Source of the DNA: an uncultured Eubacteriales bacterium | GTDB lineage: Bacteria; Bacillota; Clostridia; Oscillospirales; UMGS1783 | Assembly: GCA_934456365.1 (NCBI GenBank) | Contig: CAKSHC010000002.1 | Coordinates: 160,508-224,507 of the forward strand | Direction: 5' to 3' | DNA length: 64,000 nucleotides | Part shown: positions 17,579-25,486 of the stretch, piece by piece | Layout: each line of letters starts with the position of its first letter | How positions within the stretch are numbered: the first letter of the stretch is position 1 | Notes under the pieces: model-generated | What the model was told of the DNA's origin: nothing | What the model saw: only the letters and a program-made list of their open reading frames with translations | Databases searched by the model: none | Translations under genes and position numbers: made by a program

Positions 17579-19458
17579 GCGCAGTCCCTCCCGGAAAGGA
17601 GGCGGCAGAAGTCCTCCACGGTGGCCGGGGCTTCCTGCCCGTCGGGCAGAGAGAAGCCGTAGGCGTCCTGAAGGGACGAGAGGAGGGAGAAATAATCCAG
17701 CGAGGAGCCGTTGAGGTCGAAGAAGAAGTTGGACTGCGGGGAGATGCCCTCGGGCTCGCGGTCGAGCGCCTGGGCAAACAGGCGGATCAGGGCATCGGTC
17801 AGCTCGCTGCGGCTTTCCTGAGCCGCTTCCCGGCCGGCGGGGCGCAGCTCGCCGTGCGCGAGGCGCTCAGCCAGTCGCTTGCGGCTGAGCTTGAAGTCCT
17901 CCGGCAAAAGGAGGGGGGAAACGGTCAGATAGAGCCCGACCTTGCCCAAAAGCCCGAGGCGGGAAAGCTCCTTCTGCGCTGCGTCGCGCAGGGCGGCGCA
18001 GGTCGCCTCGTCGGCAAAGGGGGAGAGCTGGATGAGAAGGGTGGGGCCGGAAACAAGGGCGAAGCCTTCGTTTTCCGGAAGCGAGAGCGAGGCTTCGATG
18101 AGGGTGGGGTTGAGGTTTTCCCCATCCGGGCCGATGACAAGATCGTCTTTCCGTCCGGCGAGGTAGAGGCGACCCTTTTTCAGCTCGGCCAGGTCGTCTG
18201 TTTTGAGCCAGCCGTCGGGCTTTTCCAGTTCACTGGCGGAGGTGAAAACGCGTTGGGCGGTGGTTTCGCCCCGCAGGAAGAGCTCGCCTTGCTCGGTTTT
18301 GTAGAAAACCGAGGCGAAGGGCTTTCCCGCCGAGCCGGAGATGCGCGTGCGGGGCACGCGGGAGAGCTCGACCGAGGTGATGCCGGCCTCGGTCATGCCG
18401 TAGCCGTTGGAAAGGCGGTAGCCGATGGCGTTGAAGAAGAGGAGCGTTTCGCGGGAAATGGCGCTGCCGCCGGCGATGGTGAAGCGGATGCTGCTGCCGA
18501 ACATTTTTGCGCGCACCGAAGAAAAAGCCAGCCTGGAAAAGAGCTTTGCCAGAAGCGGAAGGCCGGAAATGCGGTCATAGAGACGCAGGGCGCTTTGGAG
18601 CCTTTTCTCCTGCCCGGTTTTGCGGGCCTCGCGCAGCGCGGCGGCATAGACCTTATTCCAGAAGAGGGGCACGCAGAAGATGTGCGTGATCCCGTGCCAG
18701 CGCACCGTTTTGAGCACGGTATCGGGGGTGAGGTCGTTGAGGAAAACGAAGGTGCGCGAGAAGAAGGCGAACCACAGGTAAACGGCGAAGAGGCCGAAGA
18801 TATGATACAGAGGCAAAACGACCAGCTGCTTGAGGTGGCCCTGATAAAAGCCCTTCATATCGGGGCTTTTGCGGATGATGCGGCCGCTGTCGAAGATCTG
18901 CGCGGCAAGATTTGCGCCGGTATAGGCGCAGAGCTTGACCTCGCCGCCCGTGCCGGAGGACATCAGAAGAAGCTCGTTTGCCCAATGCGCTTCGGCCTCG
19001 CCTTCGTCCAAAAAGGGAGCCACGGTGGGGACGGCATAGGACGCCTCTTCGCTGACCACGGCGGCAACCTGATTGGCTGTCAGCAGCCGGTCGAGCGTTT
19101 GGCGATCCAGGCGGGTGTTGAGCAAAAGCGGGCGAAAGCCGAGCTGGGCGAGAGCCCACATCACGCAGAGGAAGTCCGGTCCGTTGGGCAGGGAAAGCCC
19201 TACGATCCGGCCTCTTTCCACGCCCGCAAGGCGCACGGAAAGGCCTGCGGCGAAGGCGCGGGTGCGCCGGTCGAAGTCGCCGTAGGTCATGAAATTCGTG
19301 TGCCCGCCGTCGCGGCTTTCGCAGAACACGGCGTCGCGCTGCTCGACGATCATTTCGTAGATCTCGTGCAGGGTGCGCCCGCTTGCCGCCAGGCGCGTGA
19401 CCTTATCGGCCACGAAGGCATCAATGGTTGAAAATCCACCGAGGAAATCTGGTTTCAC
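17575..19458 (-). CDS. adenylation (AMP-binding) domain fused to a C-terminal carrier (PCP/ACP-like) domain
   Basis: GTG start with a ggaaagga RBS. It has a deviant A3 motif LMSSGTGGEVK and a YGMTE A5 motif. The C-terminal FFDLNGSSLDYFSLLSSL resembles a thiolation-domain Ser motif. Confidence 0.7.
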   Translation of the reverse strand: MKPDFLGGFSTIDAFVADKVTRLAASGRTLHEIYEMIVEQRDAVFCESRDGGHTNFMTYGDFDRRTRAFAAGLSVRLAGVERGRIVGLSLPNGPDFLCVMWALAQLGFRPLLLNTRLDRQTLDRLLTANQVAAVVSEEASYAVPTVAPFLDEGEAEAHWANELLLMSSGTGGEVKLCAYTGANLAAQIFDSGRIIRKSPDMKGFYQGHLKQLVVLPLYHIFGLFAVYLWFAFFSRTFVFLNDLTPDTVLKTVRWHGITHIFCVPLFWNKVYAAALREARKTGQEKRLQSALRLYDRISGLPLLAKLFSRLAFSSVRAKMFGSSIRFTIAGGSAISRETLLFFNAIGYRLSNGYGMTEAGITSVELSRVPRTRISGSAGKPFASVFYKTEQGELFLRGETTAQRVFTSASELEKPDGWLKTDDLAELKKGRLYLAGRKDDLVIGPDGENLNPTLIEASLSLPENEGFALVSGPTLLIQLSPFADEATCAALRDAAQKELSRLGLLGKVGLYLTVSPLLLPEDFKLSRKRLAERLAHGELRPAGREAAQESRSELTDALIRLFAQALDREPEGISPQSNFFFDLNGSSLDYFSLLSSLQDAYGFSLPDGQEAPATVEDFCRLLSGRDCA

Positions 19459-19543
19459 GAAGCGTCCTTTCCCGATCGGTTTATTCTATGTGCGCCATAA
19501 GGGCAAAAGACCCGTCGATTTTTGACGAAAACACACATATTTA

Positions 19544-19572
19544 ATATTAACAGAACGGTCATTCTTTGTCAA
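19544..19572 (-). promoter_or_regulatory. strong sigma-A promoter driving the minus-strand lipid-module gene run
   Basis: On the minus strand: TTGACA-N17-TAATAT. An approximately 75-nt leader runs to the GTG start at 19458. Confidence 0.5.
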
Positions 19573-19602
19573 TGATTCGGGAAATTTTACAAGGCGAAAG
19601 AA

Positions 19603-19631
19603 AAGCCGGAAGCCTGGGCTTCCGGCGCTTT
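19603..19631 (-). terminator. rho-independent terminator after the small acidic-tail gene
   Basis: Minus-strand hairpin gccggaagcccaggcttccggc followed by ttttctttcg. Confidence 0.5.
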
Positions 19632-19632
19632 C

Positions 19633-19836
19633 TTATTCGGCTTTTTCGTTTTTTTCGGCGTTTTCCCCGGCCTTGGGGTCATCTCCCTCGGCGGCGGGTT
19701 TTTCTTCTTCGGGAGCAGCCCAGGCGTCGGCCTTCTGCACTCCGGTGGAAACCGTGTGGACAATGCTCTTGCCCAGCTGGGTAAAGGCCTTTCCGAGGCC
19801 GGTGCCCGTTTTTTTCCATTCGTCTCTCAATGCCAT
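19633..19836 (-). CDS. small protein (67 aa) with an acidic low-complexity tail
   Basis: MALRDEWKKTGTGLGKAF...EEKPAAEGDDPKAGENAEKNEKAE. A ggaaagggga RBS sits 6 nt upstream. The track ORF 19633..20178 has a spurious N-terminal extension. Confidence 0.4.
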   Translation of the reverse strand: MALRDEWKKTGTGLGKAFTQLGKSIVHTVSTGVQKADAWAAPEEEKPAAEGDDPKAGENAEKNEKAE

Positions 19837-20258
19837 TGTGAAAATCCCCTTTCCGGATTGAATTTTTCCAAAAGAGCCAGGGCGGATTCGATCCGTCCAG
19901 CCACATTGCCGGGGGCCAGCCCGGCCACGGCGGTGTTGCACTGGTCCATCGGGATGAGAATGCGCCGGGCGCGCGAGCGGGCCACGGCGGCGGCCATGGC
20001 GGGGGTGACCTCGCCTAAAAGCGCGTCGGCCATCACGATCCCCATCGGGCCTAAGATCACGTCGGCCTCGCGGCAGGCGACGATCACGGCGTTTTCTCCG
20101 GTGGCGCCCTTGGCGGGGCCGCCCTTGAGCATGGTCTGGGTGGCGGCCGAATTGGTGCCCACGGCGCGGATGGCGCACTCGGGCAGCCGTTCGGCCACGG
20201 CCTTGACGAGGAGCTTTCCCAAAGCGCCGCCCTGCCCGTCGATGATCAGAACGTTCAT
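19827..20258 (-). CDS. hypothetical protein (DUF3842-like)
   Basis: 143 aa, MNVLIIDGQGGALGKLLV... Its start overlaps the stop of the upstream capD-like gene by 4 nt. Confidence 0.45.
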   Translation of the reverse strand: MNVLIIDGQGGALGKLLVKAVAERLPECAIRAVGTNSAATQTMLKGGPAKGATGENAVIVACREADVILGPMGIVMADALLGEVTPAMAAAVARSRARRILIPMDQCNTAVAGLAPGNVAGRIESALALLEKFNPERGFSQWH

Positions 20259-22111
20259 TTCGAAGGCGCCTCGCTGACTCCGGTACCGCCGTACTGGGAA
20301 ATGATATCGAATACCAGATCGTGGACCTTGACGGGGTTGGGGTTGGCGCCCTTGGCCATGCGCTCGAGAGCGCCGAGACGATCGTGGAAGTTTTCCAGAT
20401 TCACGTCGGTGCCGCGCATCACGAAGATTTTTTCGTGGCTTGTGGCGTCGACCGATTCGCTGTCCTGCACCAGCTCTTCATAGAGCTTTTCGCCGGGACG
20501 CAGCCCGGTGGTCACGATCTGGATATCCACCCCCGGCTCGAAGCCCGAGAGGCGGATGAGGTTGGTGGCCAGGTCGTAGATTTTTACCGGCTGGCCCATA
20601 TCCAGAACGAAGATCTCGCCGCCGCGGGCGAGCGTGCCCGCCTTCATCACGAGGGAAACGGCTTCGGGAATGGTCATGAAATAGCGGGTCATATCCTTAT
20701 GGGTCACGGTAACGGGGCCGCCGGCGGCGATCTGCTTTTTGAAGGTGGGGATCACCGAGCCGTTGGAGCCCAGCACATTGCCGAAGCGCACGGCGGCGCA
20801 TTCGCAGCCGCAGCCGGCATAGGATTTCACCAGAAGCTCGGCCATGCGCTTGGTTGCGCCCATGATGTTGGTGGGGTTGACGGCCTTGTCGGTCGAGATC
20901 AGGATGAAGCGGGAAACGCCGCCCATCAGGCAGGCCTCCAGCAGGTTTTTGGTGCCGAAGATATTGTTTTTCACCGCTTCGACGGGGTTGATCTCCATCA
21001 TCGGCACATGCTTGTGGGCCGCGGCGTGGAACACGATATCCGGCTTGAACTGGCGGATCACCTGATCGAGGCGCTTGCGGTCGCGGATGCTGCCGAGGAT
21101 GAGCTCGTAGCGGGAGGTATCGAACCGCTGCTTGAACTCTTCGTTGATCTCGAAGAGGCCGTTTTCATGGATGTCGAAGATGATGAGCTTTTTGCAGCCG
21201 TGCAGGAGCGACTGACGGCAGAGCTCGCTTCCGATCGAGCCGGCGCCGCCCGTGACCAGGATGGTTTTCCCGTTGATGAAGCGGATCACGTCGCTCATAT
21301 CGGTGGAAACGTTTTTGCGGAAGAGGAGGTCTTCGATCGAAACGTCGCGGATGCCGTGGCCGTTGTTCATGAAGCTTTCGAAGTTGACGGCGTCTTTGAA
21401 AATGCGCAGGCGCACGTTGAGGGTTTTGCAGATATCATAGATCTCGCGCACCTCTTCGCTGCGGATGGAGGGGATGGCGATGATGACGTCGGTCGCGTTG
21501 TATTTGCGCACGGCGGCCGCCAGCCGGTCGATATCGCCCACGATGGGCACGCCGGCGATGCGCATGCCGTGCTTGGAGGTATCGGCGTCGCAGGCGGCGA
21601 CCGGATAGGTCCCGTCGCCGGGGTTTTCGCACAGGCGCTTGATGAGCATGGCGCCGGTGGAGCCCGCGCCCACGATCACCGCGCGGGAATGGGCCTTATC
21701 CGAGGAATGGCGGGTGGTGGCCATCCAGTGGCGGAAGCGCGGGATGATGCGCAGGCCGGTGGTGGCGCAGAACACGAGGAAGAGGTAGATCAGCGGGATG
21801 GTGCCCGACGGCAGAAGCCCCACCGCCCGCAGAAGCAGCAGGCAGAGCGCCGAAATGGCCGAGGAGAAGAACTGGCGGAAAACATCCGAAAAGCCCATAT
21901 AGGCCCAGATGCTGTTGTAGGTGCCCAGGGCGAAGGAGGCGGCCGCGAGGGTGAGCGGGGCGACGGTCAGATAAAGAAGCAGCGCGTGGATATCCACTCC
22001 GAAGCCGAAGAGCTGCCCCTCCAGCCGCAGCAGCACGGCGCAGAGCATGGCCAGGATCCCGATGATCAGATCCCCGAGCAGATATTCCCATTGCAAGCGT
22101 TTTTCTTTCAT
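20255..22111 (-). CDS. polysaccharide biosynthesis protein (CapD/PglF/WbpM-type membrane-anchored nucleotide-sugar 4,6-dehydratase)
   Basis: Start placed at MKEKRLQ behind an aaggaagg RBS. The track ORF's first 97 codons are arginine-rich junk. Four N-terminal TM segments, two Rossmann glycine motifs and a short-chain dehydrogenase fold. Confidence 0.8.
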   Translation of the reverse strand: MKEKRLQWEYLLGDLIIGILAMLCAVLLRLEGQLFGFGVDIHALLLYLTVAPLTLAAASFALGTYNSIWAYMGFSDVFRQFFSSAISALCLLLLRAVGLLPSGTIPLIYLFLVFCATTGLRIIPRFRHWMATTRHSSDKAHSRAVIVGAGSTGAMLIKRLCENPGDGTYPVAACDADTSKHGMRIAGVPIVGDIDRLAAAVRKYNATDVIIAIPSIRSEEVREIYDICKTLNVRLRIFKDAVNFESFMNNGHGIRDVSIEDLLFRKNVSTDMSDVIRFINGKTILVTGGAGSIGSELCRQSLLHGCKKLIIFDIHENGLFEINEEFKQRFDTSRYELILGSIRDRKRLDQVIRQFKPDIVFHAAAHKHVPMMEINPVEAVKNNIFGTKNLLEACLMGGVSRFILISTDKAVNPTNIMGATKRMAELLVKSYAGCGCECAAVRFGNVLGSNGSVIPTFKKQIAAGGPVTVTHKDMTRYFMTIPEAVSLVMKAGTLARGGEIFVLDMGQPVKIYDLATNLIRLSGFEPGVDIQIVTTGLRPGEKLYEELVQDSESVDATSHEKIFVMRGTDVNLENFHDRLGALERMAKGANPNPVKVHDLVFDIISQYGGTGVSEAPSK

Positions 22112-22112
22112 G

Positions 22113-22724
22113 TCAACCTTCCTTTTCCGCCCGCTTCCGGCTTTCCCGATAGGAGAATTCGCAGCCGCACCAGCTTTGCCGGTACAGCCCGTATTCCTTC
22201 GAGAGGGCAAGCGAGCGCAAGTATCCGTTTTCTTTTTTGAAATCCGACGGCAGCCAGCGCACTCCCGCGCGCCTGGCCGCTTCTTCGCCCAGCTCGTTGA
22301 CCCAGTCGGCATTCTTATGGGGCGACACCGAGAGGGTGGAGCAGAGCCAGGGGAAGCCGTTTGCACGGGCGAATTCCGCCGCGCGAAAAAGGCGCAGCGC
22401 ATAGCAGGCGCGGCAGCGCGCTCCCCGCTCCGGCTCGTCGCCGAAGCGCTCGGCCAGAGGGGCGAAGTCCTGCGGGGAGTAGAGCTCCTCGATCAGGGGG
22501 ATCCCCCGTTGGGCGAGAAACCACCGCTCTTCCTCGGCGCGGCGCCGGTATTCCTCCGGCGGGGCGATGTTGGGATTATAAAAATAGACCGTCAGATCAA
22601 AATGGGGAGCCAAGCGCTCAACCACGCTCGACGAGCAGGGGGCGCAGCAGGCATGCAGAAGCAGCCGGGGGCGATCCGTCTGCACGGCGAGGATCTCCCG
22701 CATCTCGGTGTTCCAGCGGCGCAA
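22113..22724 (-). CDS. queH: epoxyqueuosine reductase QueH (DUF208)
   Basis: The LLLHACCAPCSS motif and the conserved Cys pattern. TTG start with a GGAGG RBS. The stop sits 1 nt from the capD-like start. Confidence 0.8.
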   Translation of the reverse strand: MRRWNTEMREILAVQTDRPRLLLHACCAPCSSSVVERLAPHFDLTVYFYNPNIAPPEEYRRRAEEERWFLAQRGIPLIEELYSPQDFAPLAERFGDEPERGARCRACYALRLFRAAEFARANGFPWLCSTLSVSPHKNADWVNELGEEAARRAGVRWLPSDFKKENGYLRSLALSKEYGLYRQSWCGCEFSYRESRKRAEKEG

Positions 22725-22753
22725 GGCAATCCCTCCCCATAAAATCTCAAGCT

Positions 22754-22782
22754 ATTCTACCACAGTTTTCTTCAATTTTCAA
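22754..22782 (-). promoter_or_regulatory. sigma-A promoter for the queH operon (diverges from asnS)
   Basis: Minus strand: TTGAAA-N17-TAGAAT with an extended TG. Confidence 0.45.
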
Positions 22783-22804
22783 TCCTATTTTCTCCCGCCT
22801 TTTT

Positions 22805-22832
22805 CTTGACAACCGTTTCCGTTCGGTATAAT
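22805..22832 (+). promoter_or_regulatory. sigma-A promoter for asnS
   Basis: TTGACA-N15/16-TATAAT, about 30 nt upstream of the RBS. No T-box leader is present. Confidence 0.55.
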
Positions 22833-22865
22833 CTAAAGATAATAAAGATAAGGAGTCATTTCGAC

Positions 22866-24230
22866 ATGGATCTCAGAGAATTGTTTGCCGATCCCGAGCG
22901 TTTGAGCGGGCAGACGGTCCGGTTAGAGGGCTGGATCCGCAACCACCGCCGCCAGAAGGGCTTCGGCTTCATCGATTTTTACGACGGGACCTGCCTCCCC
23001 TCGCTTCAGCTGGTTTACGACGGCGCCCTGCCGGATTTCGACCGGATCGCCGCTCTGCGCGTCGGCTCGGCGATCCGCGCCGAGGGCGAGGTGGTGAAAA
23101 ACGAGCGCGGCGTCTGGGAGCTGCGGGTGGCTCGTATCGAGCTGGAGGGGGACTGCCCGGAGGATTATCCTTTGCAGCCCAAGCGCCATTCGATCGAGTT
23201 TCTGCGCGAGATCGCCTATCTGCGCCCGCGCACACGGCTGTTCCAGGCCGTTTTCCGGGTGCGTTCGGCGGCGGCGCAGGCCATCCACGATTATTTCCAG
23301 TCGCGCGGGTATGTGTATGTCCACACCCCGCTGATCACCGCCAACGACGGCGAGGGCGCGGGCAACACCTTTACCGTTTCGGCCTTTGATTTTGACAAGA
23401 TTTCGGGCAAGCCCGATTTTTCGAAGGATTTCTTCGGCAAGCAGACCTCGCTTGCCGTGACGGGGCAGCTGGAGGGCGAAACCTTCGCGATGGCCTTCAA
23501 GCGGATCTACACCTTCGGCCCCACCTTCCGCGCCGAGAATTCCAACACAAAGACCCATGCGGCCGAATTCTGGATGATCGAGCCGGAGGTCGCTTTCTGC
23601 GATCTTTCCCAGCTGATGGATCTGGAGGAGGATTTCCTCAAGGCCGTGATCCGGCAGGTGCTGGATACCTGCCCGGAGGAGCTTGCGCATCTGGATCGGG
23701 TGGCCGGAGGCGGCCTGATCGAGAAGCTGGAAGGCTTCCTGGCGGCACATGCCGTGCGGCTCACGCATGAGGAGGCCATCCGGGTTTTGCGCGAGTCGGG
23801 GGTGAAATTCGATTTCGAGCCCCGCTTCGGCGAGGATCTGGCCAAGGAGCACGAGAAGTATCTGACCGAGGTGTATGCCAAGGCGCCGGTTTTCGTGTAC
23901 GACTGGCCGAAGGAGATCAAGGCCTTCTACATGCGGCAGAACGACGACGGGAAAACCGTGGCGGCCGTGGATCTTCTGGTGCCCGGCGCGGGCGAGCTGA
24001 TGGGCGGCAGCCAGCGCGAGGAGCGCGAGCAGAAGCTGATCGACCGGATCGAGGAGCTCGGCATCAGCGCCGAGGCGATGGATTGGTACATCAAGCTGCG
24101 CCGCTATGGCGGCTGCACCCATTCCGGCTTCGGCATGGGCTTTGAGCGGCTGATTATTTATCTCACGGGCGTGGAGAACATCCGCGACGTGATCCCCTAT
24201 CCCAGAACACCCAACAACTGCGAATTTTAA
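22866..24230 (+). CDS. asnS: asparagine--tRNA ligase
   Basis: Start at MDLRELF behind an AAGGAG RBS. Class II motifs are present. The FTVSAFDFDKISGKPDFSKDFFGKQTSLAVTGQLEGE block is typical of AsnRS. Confidence 0.9.
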   Translation: MDLRELFADPERLSGQTVRLEGWIRNHRRQKGFGFIDFYDGTCLPSLQLVYDGALPDFDRIAALRVGSAIRAEGEVVKNERGVWELRVARIELEGDCPEDYPLQPKRHSIEFLREIAYLRPRTRLFQAVFRVRSAAAQAIHDYFQSRGYVYVHTPLITANDGEGAGNTFTVSAFDFDKISGKPDFSKDFFGKQTSLAVTGQLEGETFAMAFKRIYTFGPTFRAENSNTKTHAAEFWMIEPEVAFCDLSQLMDLEEDFLKAVIRQVLDTCPEELAHLDRVAGGGLIEKLEGFLAAHAVRLTHEEAIRVLRESGVKFDFEPRFGEDLAKEHEKYLTEVYAKAPVFVYDWPKEIKAFYMRQNDDGKTVAAVDLLVPGAGELMGGSQREEREQKLIDRIEELGISAEAMDWYIKLRRYGGCTHSGFGMGFERLIIYLTGVENIRDVIPYPRTPNNCEF

Positions 24231-24242
24231 GGAGGAGATCTC

Positions 24243-24641
24243 ATGCTCAAAGGCGGCATTCTGCATCCGCAGCTGCGGTCCCTGATGGGGCGGCTGCGCC
24301 ACATGGACACGCTGGTCATCGCCGACGCCGGGCTTCCCGTGCCGGCGGGGGTGGAGCGGGTTGATCTCGGCTGGCGGCCGGGCGATCCGGCGTATCTGGA
24401 TGTGCTCGAGGAGCTTCTGAAGGCCATGGTGGTGGAGCACGCCACCTTTGCCGAGGAGGCTTTGACCGTTTCTCCGGAATTTCATAAGAAGGCGCTGGCG
24501 CTTCTGCCCGAGGGCTGCCCGGTGGACTATCTGACCCATGCCGAGCTGAAAAAGCAGACCGAGAAGGCCATGGCGATCGTTCTCACCGGCGAGTTTACCC
24601 CCTATACCAACGTCATCCTGCGCTGCGGCTGCGCCTATTAA
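24243..24641 (+). CDS. rbsD: D-ribose pyranase / RbsD-FucU family mutarotase
   Basis: 132 aa. HMDTLVIADAGLPVP matches the RbsD/FucU active-site region. Confidence 0.7.
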   Translation: MLKGGILHPQLRSLMGRLRHMDTLVIADAGLPVPAGVERVDLGWRPGDPAYLDVLEELLKAMVVEHATFAEEALTVSPEFHKKALALLPEGCPVDYLTHAELKKQTEKAMAIVLTGEFTPYTNVILRCGCAY

Positions 24642-24647
24642 AAAGCC

Positions 24648-24676
24648 TTGACAAATGGGGCTTGTCCGGATATAAT
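24648..24676 (+). promoter_or_regulatory. sigma-A promoter for rpmH-rnpA-yidD-yidC-jag
   Basis: TTGACA-N17-TATAAT. Confidence 0.55.
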
Positions 24677-24737
24677 AGATAAGCAAACTTTGTAAATTTC
24701 GGATTTTTCCGTTTCCGTTCATAAGGGAGGTGTCAAA

Positions 24738-24872
24738 ATGGTTCGTACCTATCAACCCAAAAAGCGCCAGAGAAGCAAGGTCCATGGCTTCCGCAAGAGA
24801 ATGCATACCGCTTCCGGCCGCGCCGTCCTCGCTCGCAGAAGAGCTCGCGGCAGAGCAAGACTGTCCCACTGA
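24738..24872 (+). CDS. rpmH: 50S ribosomal protein L34
   Basis: 44 aa, [44 protein letters not shown]. It is below the 60-aa cut-off of the ORF track. RBS is GGGAGG. Confidence 0.9.
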   Translation: MVRTYQPKKRQRSKVHGFRKRMHTASGRAVLARRRARGRARLSH

Positions 24873-24892
24873 TCGCAGGTTCGGGAGTTTAT

Positions 24893-25258
24893 ATGAAGAG
24901 CTTTGTTTCTTTGAATAAGAACAGAGATTTTATCAGGGCGTATCATAAGGGCCGCTCGGCCGTTACGCCCTGTCTTGCTTTATATATACGCCCAAACGGC
25001 AAGCCTGTCAACCGCGTCGGCATCACCGTCAGCAAGAAGATCGGCGGCGCTGTCGAGCGCAACCGCGCCAAGCGTATCATCCGCGCGGCCTATGTCCAGG
25101 CCGCCCCGCAGCTTCGGCCGGGCTTCGATCTTGTTTTCGTGGCCCGCAGCAGTACGGTGCGTAAAAAAACGCAGGATGTATACAAGGCGTTGATCGGAGC
25201 CGCCCGCCGGGAAAACCTCTTAATGGACTGCACGTTGTGTGCTGAGGATTCCGAATGA
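24893..25258 (+). CDS. rnpA: ribonuclease P protein component
   Basis: 121 aa, basic, [14 protein letters not shown]...[11 protein letters not shown]. Confidence 0.9.
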   Translation: MKSFVSLNKNRDFIRAYHKGRSAVTPCLALYIRPNGKPVNRVGITVSKKIGGAVERNRAKRIIRAAYVQAAPQLRPGFDLVFVARSSTVRKKTQDVYKALIGAARRENLLMDCTLCAEDSE

Positions 25259-25482
25259 AGCGGCTTTTTCTCGCTCTGATCCGCTGGTATCAGACCAGCA
25301 TTTCGCCGCACACCCAGCCGCGCTGCCGCTTTGTGCCGACCTGTTCGGAGTATGCCCGGCAGGCCATTGAGATCCATGGAGCGGGCAAGGGGCTGCTGCT
25401 GGCGCTGTGGCGGTTTCTGCGCTGCAATCCCTTTGGGAAGTTCGGCGTGGATCCCGTTCCCCCCAAACACAAATGGAGGTAA
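25255..25482 (+). CDS. yidD: membrane protein insertion efficiency factor YidD
   Basis: 75 aa. The [15 protein letters not shown] motif. Overlaps rnpA by 4 nt. Confidence 0.9.
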   Translation: MKRLFLALIRWYQTSISPHTQPRCRFVPTCSEYARQAIEIHGAGKGLLLALWRFLRCNPFGKFGVDPVPPKHKWR

Positions 25483-25486
25483 AAAC

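Noticed and set aside
7852-19431. Many long plus-strand ORFs overlapping the minus-strand gene run, for example 7852..8757, 8729..9781, 10088..11458, 11706..12992, 13779..14612, 14730..15536, 16367..17662 and 17854..19431.
   Set aside because: All have Gly/Ala/Arg/Glu-rich antisense-type composition and lack RBSs. The minus-strand partners carry recognisable catalytic motifs and tight operon spacing.
22725-22865. Possible T-box or other leader upstream of asnS.
   Set aside because: The region holds only two divergent promoters and a 30-nt UTR. There is no specifier, T-box sequence or terminator.
20321-24869. Antisense ORFs 20321..22240 (+) and 22923..24869 (-) opposite the capD-like gene and asnS.
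   Set aside because: GC-frame artefacts. asnS and the capD-like gene have strong family motifs.
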